From assembly GCA_002327255.1 (NCBI GenBank), contig DCUM01000069.1:53061-100296 (forward strand): DNA of 47,236 nucleotides, given 5' to 3'. Below are positions 1 through 7,034 of this stretch, piece after piece. The DNA is from a bacterium UBA2214 (GTDB lineage: Bacteria > Zhuqueibacterota > Zhuqueibacteria > Residuimicrobiales > Residuimicrobiaceae). Each line of letters opens with the position of its first letter. Positions within the stretch are counted from its first letter, which is position 1. The notes beneath the pieces were generated by a model. It was given only the letters and a program-made list of their open reading frames with translations. It did no database searches and was not told the origin of the DNA. The translations under genes were made by a program, and so were the position numbers.

Positions 1-5
1 CTGCC

Positions 6-1394
6 CTATTTCTTGATCTGCGAGATGAACGCCTCGACCTCAGGGATGCCGCCCTGAAATATGAGATAGCCATTGGAGGGTTCGCGTTCGGTGATTTCGC
101 CGTTGATGGGCGTATACATGATTTTTCTCACCTCCGCCAGATCGCGGGTTTGGCCCAGCGCCCATCCCAGCTTGACGTAGGCCACTTCGGGCAGCATGTT
201 GGCCATGGGCACGACGCCCAGTTCCATCATGTCGCGGCCGGTATCATAGACGTACATCTGCACATAGCCCCACAGCGTCTGCACGGTCATATAGACCGCG
301 ATGTTCTGGTCGCGGGCGCGTTTCAGGGCGGGATAGAGCGGCTTGTTGACGTGTCCCAGTCCGGTTCCGGCGATGACGATGCCGCGATAGCCGTTGTCGA
401 TGAGCGCATCGATGATATCCGGCTTCATATTGGGATAGTAGTAAACGATGCTCACCTTCTCCTCGAACGCCGTATTGATGAGGACGTTGCGATCGGTGCG
501 GCGACGCCGGTAATCCTGGCGCAAGGGCGTGATCTTTTCGCGGCTCACCATGGCGAGGGGAATATCGCCGATGGTACGGAAGGTGGAGCGATAGCTCGAA
601 TGCATCTTGCGGACGCGGGTGCCGCGGTGCAGCAGGCCATAGACATCGGACGTCGGCCCGAACATGCAGACCATGACTTCGGCGATATTGGATTCCGCGG
701 CGGTCTTGACCGAATGCATGAGGTTGAGCGCGGCATCGGAGGAAGGCCGATCCGAGGAGCGCTGCGACCCCACCATGACGATGGGCACCGGGGGATTCTG
801 CACCATGAACGAGAGGATGGCGGCGGTGTGGTGCATGGTGTCGGTGCCATGACCGATGACGATGCCCTGCACACCTTTTTCGATCTCGCGGCCGATGGCC
901 TGCGCCGTGCCGACCCATTGCTCCGGCCCCATATTTTCACTGAAGACGCCGTAGAGTTTTTCGGTCTCGAGATTGCAGATGTCGGCCAGTTCCGGCACGG
1001 AACCGTAGAGTTCGCCCGGGGAAAAGGCGGGAATCACCGCACCGGTGCGGTAATCGAGACGCGAGGCGATGGTGCCGCCGGTGCCGAGGAGTTTGACGCG
1101 CGGTTTTCCCGGTGCATAGGGAAACTCTTTTTCCGGAATCTTGTAATGCGCCTCCTTGCGGCCGAGAATCTCCATGGCCGTGATGCTGCCGGCGCGGATG
1201 CCGATATTATAGCCGGAGGCCAATTTGAGGACGATGTGCAGCGCATCGGCGGTCTCGGAGCGCGGCAGGATGATGCCGGCATAGCCGCCTTTGGCCGTGG
1301 TGATCCGGACATCGCTCCAGATGGGCGCGTTGAAATTCTGCAGCGTCGCCAGCGCTTCGCCGCGATAACCCTTGTAGGACTCCTGAACCGGCAT
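6..1394 (-). CDS. gatD: Glu-tRNA(Gln) amidotransferase subunit D (archaeal-type glutaminase subunit)
   Basis: GatD-specific N-terminal domain (GIILPR...HIVLKLASGYNIGI) followed by a type I asparaginase fold with GTGGTIASRLDYRTGAV, HGTDT, GSQRSSDRPSSDA and RKMHSS motifs. Confidence 0.93.
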   Translation of the reverse strand: MPVQESYKGYRGEALATLQNFNAPIWSDVRITTAKGGYAGIILPRSETADALHIVLKLASGYNIGIRAGSITAMEILGRKEAHYKIPEKEFPYAPGKPRVKLLGTGGTIASRLDYRTGAVIPAFSPGELYGSVPELADICNLETEKLYGVFSENMGPEQWVGTAQAIGREIEKGVQGIVIGHGTDTMHHTAAILSFMVQNPPVPIVMVGSQRSSDRPSSDAALNLMHSVKTAAESNIAEVMVCMFGPTSDVYGLLHRGTRVRKMHSSYRSTFRTIGDIPLAMVSREKITPLRQDYRRRRTDRNVLINTAFEEKVSIVYYYPNMKPDIIDALIDNGYRGIVIAGTGLGHVNKPLYPALKRARDQNIAVYMTVQTLWGYVQMYVYDTGRDMMELGVVPMANMLPEVAYVKLGWALGQTRDLAEVRKIMYTPINGEITEREPSNGYLIFQGGIPEVEAFISQIKK

Positions 1395-1606
1395 GATTTT
1401 TTCCCGATTTACTGTTTAACCTGCATCATTCAAATGAGCTGCATGAACCGGAGCATTCACCAAACCGCGGCTGGCAGCCAATCAATTTTCAACGACCGTA
1501 TGACCGTTTACAACCTCTTTATAAACGCGGATGCGGTGCCAGCCGCTGCAGCCGCAGACCCGGGGGGTGGCAACGTATTGGCATTCCGTCAAATCGCCGC
1601 AGCGCT

Positions 1607-2491
1607 TCACAACCCCGCCTGGCGGACAATTTCCGGCGTGATGCTCTCCCACATCACCGGCATGATATGGATGCCCGCGACGCCCTTCATTTCGCGCAGC
1701 GCGCCGATAATCTCGACGGCCATGCGCACGCCCTCTTCCTGAGGCGCGGCGGCGTTGTGCATACGCGTCAAAAAATCGCTGCAGATGCGCATGCCCGGCA
1801 CCTCGGCTTTCATATACTCCAGCGCCTTGGCGGATTTCACCGGCAGAATGCCGGCGAGAATGGCGGTTTTTTCATGCAGACCGCGCTCGCGCACCATCTC
1901 CATCCATGTGGAAAAGCGTTCGAGATCAAAGACCGGCTGGGTTTGAATGAAAGCGGCACCGGCACGGACTTTTTTCTCAAGGCGAATGAGGCGCATCTCC
2001 ACGGGTTCGGCGCAGGGATTGGCCGCGGCGCCGATGAAAAAGTGCGGCGCCTTTTTCAGCGTCCCTCCGGAGAGCAGCGTGCCGGCGTTCATCTGCGCCA
2101 GGGTGGCGATGAACTGGATGGAATCGAGATCGAATACGCCCCTGGCCTCGGGGTGATCACCGAAACGTTGATGATCGCCGGTGAGACAGAGGACATTTTC
2201 GATGCCCAGGGCTGCTGCGCCGAGCAGATCGCTCTGCATGGCGATGCGGTTGCGGTCGCGGCAGGTCATCTGGATGATCGGCTCGATGCCCTCCTCCAGG
2301 AGCACTTTGCCCGCGGCGATGCTCGACAGGCGCACAATGGCGGTCTGATTATCGGTGATGTTGACCGCATCGACGACGCCCTTGAAATAGGCCGCTTTCT
2401 TGCGGATGACGTCCGCATCGCAGCTCTGCGGTGGTCCCATCTCCGCGCAAACGACAAATTCTCCCCGGGCGATCTTTTCGCGTAAAGACAT
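1607..2491 (-). CDS. metF: Methylenetetrahydrofolate reductase (MetF)
   Basis: EMGPP, DAVNITDN, QMTCRDRNRIAMQSDLLGA, LCLTGDH and GAAFIQTQPVFD motifs typical of the MetF form that partners MetV. Confidence 0.92.
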   Translation of the reverse strand: MSLREKIARGEFVVCAEMGPPQSCDADVIRKKAAYFKGVVDAVNITDNQTAIVRLSSIAAGKVLLEEGIEPIIQMTCRDRNRIAMQSDLLGAAALGIENVLCLTGDHQRFGDHPEARGVFDLDSIQFIATLAQMNAGTLLSGGTLKKAPHFFIGAAANPCAEPVEMRLIRLEKKVRAGAAFIQTQPVFDLERFSTWMEMVRERGLHEKTAILAGILPVKSAKALEYMKAEVPGMRICSDFLTRMHNAAAPQEEGVRMAVEIIGALREMKGVAGIHIMPVMWESITPEIVRQAGL

Positions 2492-2687
2492 GGATGTTTT
2501 CCGTGATGAGTGAAGGCGATGCTTTGTGCTTTGTGAATTTTCCCGGTTGATTAAATCCCTCCGGCGGTGTTCTGATGCCGGGCACCGGCTGGCCTGCGCC
2601 AGTCAGGGCGCCAGATGTTGTCCCTCACAGCCAAGCTCTGCTCCCGGGAGCGTTGTCCCGGGGCAGGAAAAACGCCACGAGACCAGA

Positions 2688-3092
2688 CTACTCCTCTGGC
2701 ACGCGCCATTTGGGCGGCTCGATGCGTCCCGTGAAAACATTCAGCCACGCCGAGGTTTTTTCGAGATTCCAGTCATGGATTTTTTCGATGCGATATAACA
2801 GCTTGACGCGTCCCCAAAAACGGGCGCGGCGGTAGATCAAAAACCAGACGCACATGCGTTCGGGATAGACCTCGCAATGGCCCTCTTCGCTGGTGCCGCC
2901 GCAGGGGCCGTTGCGAATCCGTTTCGGACAACGCTGTGAACAGACAAATCCCGTATGACTGAGAATGCACTCCCCGCAACGCTGACAGTGAAAGAACGGC
3001 ACCTTGACCACATCCTCCCAGAAGAGCATGATGTGGGAGAGTATGCGTTCCCAACGGGTGTGGCGTTTCTTCTGCCGGGTAGCTATCTCCAT
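2688..3092 (-). CDS. metV: MTHFR C-terminal-domain Cys-rich protein (short MetV-like)
   Basis: CQRCGEC...VCSQRCPKRIRNGPCGG...CEV...CVW. Start moved to the ATG at 3092 (GAGG RBS, 19 nt after the upstream stop). Lies directly upstream of metF. Confidence 0.8.
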   Translation of the reverse strand: MEIATRQKKRHTRWERILSHIMLFWEDVVKVPFFHCQRCGECILSHTGFVCSQRCPKRIRNGPCGGTSEEGHCEVYPERMCVWFLIYRRARFWGRVKLLYRIEKIHDWNLEKTSAWLNVFTGRIEPPKWRVPEE

Positions 3093-3111
3093 GAAAACCT
3101 CACTGCGTATC

Positions 3112-4608
3112 TCACTTTTCCAATTCAAGCTTGATCTGCTGCGCCATGTCGACCAGGCGCCAATAGGGCGGCATATAGCCGTGCCCGGACTCGTACTGCT
3201 GCACACGAACCTCGAGATGCTGCTTGATGCGATGATGCAAATGCGTATACCATCTGTTCCGCAAGGCCGCTGTGGCGCCCATCCCCTCCGGAACAGGGCC
3301 GATGCGTCCGGCTGCGTTGAGCAGGAGGCTCCAGGCTTTGGCCAGCCGTGCAACCGGCAAGAGCAAATGATCATATTGCAAGGGCTCGCCCGCATGGGCG
3401 CCGTCGAGTAAAACTTCGGTCACGGCATTGTCCAGATGATCCTTGCGCAGGGTTTCGAGGTCGCGCCATTCCGCCACTACCTGGAGCTGCGGATCGTACT
3501 CGAGATCGGAGGGTTCCTGGGTAGAAAAATGGCGAACGCCGAACCCCGCCAGCCAGCGTCGCAATCCGTGGGATGATATCTGCGAAAGACTCATCCAAAG
3601 TTCGATGCCATGAGGGCGATAGGCGGCAGAAGCGACTTCGGAACAGAACAGCTTGCTGTTGTCGCTGAAATCCATGGCAAAATCATAAGGGATATGCATG
3701 CGTTGCGCCCGCTGCAGAGCTTGTTCTGCGGCGTGATGCGGCAGCATCGGATCTGCGATCAAAGCCGGGAGATCGGCGCGCAGCCTGAGCACCAGGACCC
3801 GTAATTTGACGTCCTGCAGATAATCCTGCAACGTGGAAACCGTCACCCCGCGCTCAATATGGCTTTCAATGATGCTGGCCAGATGGGTTTTGGGATGAAC
3901 GTATACCAGGGCGACATGGGAAAAATTGCCGGCAAAATCGTTGCCACGGGCGATCAGGGCGGAGGTGGCGGCGCCGCCGCGCGAAACCAGAATGTCGCCG
4001 CTGTGTATCCGGACGCCGAGTATGCTTGCCCACGGCGTTTGCGAGGGTTCCGCAAATCCCATGACGAGCGCTGGAAGTGATTGCTGAGGGGACGCCTGCA
4101 GCATCACCTCCTCGACGGCAGCCCGGCCGCCATAGAGCAGCCGGTAGAGCGTGATGCGCGCAGCGTGATCCGTCATATCCCAGTGCAGGGAGTTCCGTTT
4201 CACCGCGATGCGCATGGCAGTCACCAGATCACTAAAAGCGTTCAAGTGTTCGGGGCAAGCCGCAATCCATGGCGCGGTGCTGAAAAGCGCAGCTTCCAAC
4301 TCACGGTAAAAAACAGCGTGTGGCGGCAAAAAGCGATTGTTCAGCCACTGCAGCTTCTCTTCCAGGTCATCGAGCAGGAGCGCGATACGCGGCTGCGCGG
4401 CATCGCATCCCAGACTCCGCGTCGTTTGGAATTCATCTTCAAGAGAACGCCAAAAAGCATCCTGCTTCCAGGCAAAAGGCTGGCTTTGCACCGGTTTCTC
4501 TACGACCGCATCGAGGTGCATTTCGGATTCAGGAATCGCCAGCAAGGCATAGATCAGAACCAGGATTCCCAATCCTGACGCGACAGGACGTCCATATTTT
4601 CTGTTCAT
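3112..4608 (-). CDS. YiiX/YebB-like permuted papain-like (NlpC/P60) amidase with N-terminal membrane anchor
   Basis: GDILVSRGG, FSHVALVY (His) and YDF...KLFCSEV (Cys) in the permuted order; hydrophobic N-terminus. Confidence 0.75.
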   Translation of the reverse strand: MNRKYGRPVASGLGILVLIYALLAIPESEMHLDAVVEKPVQSQPFAWKQDAFWRSLEDEFQTTRSLGCDAAQPRIALLLDDLEEKLQWLNNRFLPPHAVFYRELEAALFSTAPWIAACPEHLNAFSDLVTAMRIAVKRNSLHWDMTDHAARITLYRLLYGGRAAVEEVMLQASPQQSLPALVMGFAEPSQTPWASILGVRIHSGDILVSRGGAATSALIARGNDFAGNFSHVALVYVHPKTHLASIIESHIERGVTVSTLQDYLQDVKLRVLVLRLRADLPALIADPMLPHHAAEQALQRAQRMHIPYDFAMDFSDNSKLFCSEVASAAYRPHGIELWMSLSQISSHGLRRWLAGFGVRHFSTQEPSDLEYDPQLQVVAEWRDLETLRKDHLDNAVTEVLLDGAHAGEPLQYDHLLLPVARLAKAWSLLLNAAGRIGPVPEGMGATAALRNRWYTHLHHRIKQHLEVRVQQYESGHGYMPPYWRLVDMAQQIKLELEK

Positions 4609-4629
4609 CCGTGTCTACTCCTCTCACCT

Positions 4630-6534
4630 TCAAACCAGCGACCGCAATCGTTCTCCCAGACCGGCCGCATCGGTGCGTCCGGCACACTGTGACATCACCA
4701 CTCCCATGAGCCGGCGCCAGCGCGCCCGGGGATCCGCACTGCGCATGCTCTGCATGGACGCGACGGCCGTCTGCACGCAGGTTTCGAGTTCCCGGGCCGG
4801 CATCGGCACCTGCCACTTTTCCCACACCCTCTCCTCATCCTGCAGCCACGTCTCCATGGCCATGTACGCACCCTCCCTGAACAACTTGCCGGCGGCGATG
4901 GCCTGCAGGAGCGCGGCGAGAAAATCGGGCGTAAGTTGACGGACATCGAGGCCTTTTTTACGCAAACGCTTGGGATATTGGATGAGAAGGAGAGCGGCCA
5001 GGCCGGGCGCCACACCCCACGTCTTCACCGCCTCCGCAAAAAGCGGGGCATGGGGGGAAATGGACAAGGGTTCGATGGTGTCCACGGGCAGCCCCAGCTC
5101 ACGATACCAGGCTTCGCGCACCCAGACCGGTTCGGGCAATGAGGTGCGGATGCGCGCCAGGCGCTCCGGGGTGATCTGTTTGGGCGGCAAATCGGTGTCG
5201 GGGTACATGCGATCCGGGCCCGGCAAAATGCGCTCGAAACCGTTGGTGCCATCCTCGAGCGCCTGACGCGTCTCGGAGGGCACGCCCACGGTGGCTTCCC
5301 GGGCGCGGTTGATGATCTCGTTGGCGCCCAGCACGGCATCGACCGGCGGCCCCCAAACCAGCACCAGGGTGTCCTCTTCGCCGGCGCCGAGTGTCTTGCG
5401 CAGATTCAGCCATTCTGAACTGGCCAGCGTCTCGCCGGGCGAATCGGAGTGGATGATATTGGGCAGCGTCGTCAGACAGGCGATGACGCGAACGCGATCG
5501 GAGATCTCACGGGCAAAATAGGTATCGGTCTGGGTTTGCCAGCGCAGCAGACCGCGAAAACCTTGCAGCACCACGCCATACACGTCCATGCCGCCGGCGA
5601 TCGCCTGGGAAATTGGACCGAATCGCGTCTTGCGCAGCAATTTGTTGACATTCTCATGATGGCCCCTGAAGGTCACCTGGGTGATGCCGCGGTTGTGCAA
5701 CTCTTCACGCAGGCGCAGCAGATTCCACTGCCGCATGGCTTCATTGTAGGTGAGCAGCGGGATGTGGGGAATGCGGGAGACCCCCTTGATTTCGATGCGG
5801 GTGCCGCCGCTGACGCTGACATTGACATCCTGGCGCGCTGCGCCAATGCCGGTGCGCACCCGGCCGGTTGAGCGCACAATGCGCCGCAGAATCTGCGTAA
5901 CCTCGGCCACCTCCAGCGGTGTCACCATCTCCGGCGCCGTCACCGTCTCGATCAGCGGCATGCCGAGACGGTCGGTGATGTAGACGCGGCGATGTCCGGC
6001 ATCGCTGACCTCGCGGCAGGCATCCTCCTCGAGGCCGAGCTGGATGATGCGAATGGTACGTTTTTTATAGGGGATGACGCCGTCGACACCGACGATCGTC
6101 GTGCGTTGAAAACCCGTGGGGATGCTGCCGTCGAGGTATTGTTTTCGCGCGATATGCAGCTCATCGACCAGAACGCAGTTATAGAGCATGGCGATGGCCA
6201 GGGCATGATCGAGCGCCTCATCGTTGAGCTCGAAGGGCGGGGTGTCGTCCATCTCGTAGGTGCAAACCGTCTCACGGTTGATCCGATAGATGATCTCTTT
6301 TCGGGTTTTGAACTCCATCAACGCCGTGCCGTCGTACTCGCCCAGTTCGGAGAGCGTGGGGCGCATGTGTCGCAATATTTCCGCATCATACTCATCGCTG
6401 TAACGGCCGGCCGGACAGCGGCAGAAGAGTTTCTTGCCAGTCAGGAGCTGCTGATGGATTTCCAGACCAGATTTGAAGCCGACCGCTTCATAATCTGCAT
6501 CGCGCATCTCTTCGAAAGGTTTAAAGACCAACAT
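4630..6534 (-). CDS. gatE: Glu-tRNA(Gln) amidotransferase subunit E (archaeal-type)
   Basis: GLEIHQQL..KKLFCRCP, RPTLSELGEYD, DGSIPTGFQRT, LEEDACR, DRLGMPLIE, RQDVNVSV..GTRIEIKGV and GVPSETR...RMYPDTDLPP. At 634 aa it includes the insertion that distinguishes GatE from GatB. Confidence 0.93.
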   Translation of the reverse strand: MLVFKPFEEMRDADYEAVGFKSGLEIHQQLLTGKKLFCRCPAGRYSDEYDAEILRHMRPTLSELGEYDGTALMEFKTRKEIIYRINRETVCTYEMDDTPPFELNDEALDHALAIAMLYNCVLVDELHIARKQYLDGSIPTGFQRTTIVGVDGVIPYKKRTIRIIQLGLEEDACREVSDAGHRRVYITDRLGMPLIETVTAPEMVTPLEVAEVTQILRRIVRSTGRVRTGIGAARQDVNVSVSGGTRIEIKGVSRIPHIPLLTYNEAMRQWNLLRLREELHNRGITQVTFRGHHENVNKLLRKTRFGPISQAIAGGMDVYGVVLQGFRGLLRWQTQTDTYFAREISDRVRVIACLTTLPNIIHSDSPGETLASSEWLNLRKTLGAGEEDTLVLVWGPPVDAVLGANEIINRAREATVGVPSETRQALEDGTNGFERILPGPDRMYPDTDLPPKQITPERLARIRTSLPEPVWVREAWYRELGLPVDTIEPLSISPHAPLFAEAVKTWGVAPGLAALLLIQYPKRLRKKGLDVRQLTPDFLAALLQAIAAGKLFREGAYMAMETWLQDEERVWEKWQVPMPARELETCVQTAVASMQSMRSADPRARWRRLMGVVMSQCAGRTDAAGLGERLRSLV

Positions 6535-6780
6535 GTCATTCGGCTCGCTTCTTCATTGGATTCAATCGATCATTGGCCCAGGCGCCGGGTTCGCCAGCGG
6601 CTGCAGCGCGTCCTGCATGGAACGGGTTGCCACGGAGCGCCGACTTTTATCCACAAAGCACGCCCCTAAGATAAGATGAATTCGGCATAAATTCAAAGGG
6701 TATTTATTGCCGGAACAAAAAACGTGAACTTCTCAGAAAGATGGAATAAATACAGTGAAAAATACGTAGTAATACTTGAA

Positions 6781-6965
6781 AGGTTCGTATATGCGAAATT
6801 GTTGCCTCCTCGGCAACAACGCTGAACCTCAACCGTCAGAGGAGACGGTTAAAGTAACCAACTGGCACCTATTGTTACACCAGCCCCATTGATGCGGATA
6901 GCAGGTTTCCTTTTCCAAAAAACTTATTGGAGGGGAAAAAAAGCCTCTGTGTCATAGCATCGCAC
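6781..6965 (+). ncRNA. Candidate structured cis-regulatory RNA in the leader of the 7035 gene (family not recognised)
   Basis: Perfect 8-bp and 7-bp hairpins with complementary loops (TCCTC/GAGGA), then an H-type pseudoknot (GTAAC/GTTAC with CTGG/CCAG) and a further long hairpin. Confidence 0.5.
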
Positions 6966-7034
6966 TTAATCAACCTGACGTTACAATAATAAACTGCTTT
7001 AGAGTAGTACCCCTATAGAGGCAAGGAGTTCACC

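Noticed and set aside
6-1394. Plain L-asparaginase call
   Set aside because: The extra N-terminal GatD domain, the ASRLDYRTGAV and SSDRPSSD motifs and a nearby gatE indicate GatD
150-1742. 530-aa plus-strand ORF and similar long antisense ORFs (38291-39622, 31852-32877, 11889-13049)
   Set aside because: Antisense to well-supported genes, as expected from codon bias
2492-2687. SAM or THF riboswitch between metV and metF
   Set aside because: Only short GC hairpins; no recognisable SAM-I or THF consensus
6820-6900. Assignment of the structured leader to c-di-AMP, c-di-GMP-II or pistol families
   Set aside because: Isolated words match (CGCTGAA, GGCAC, TTAAA), but the required 3' motifs or pseudoknot partners are missing
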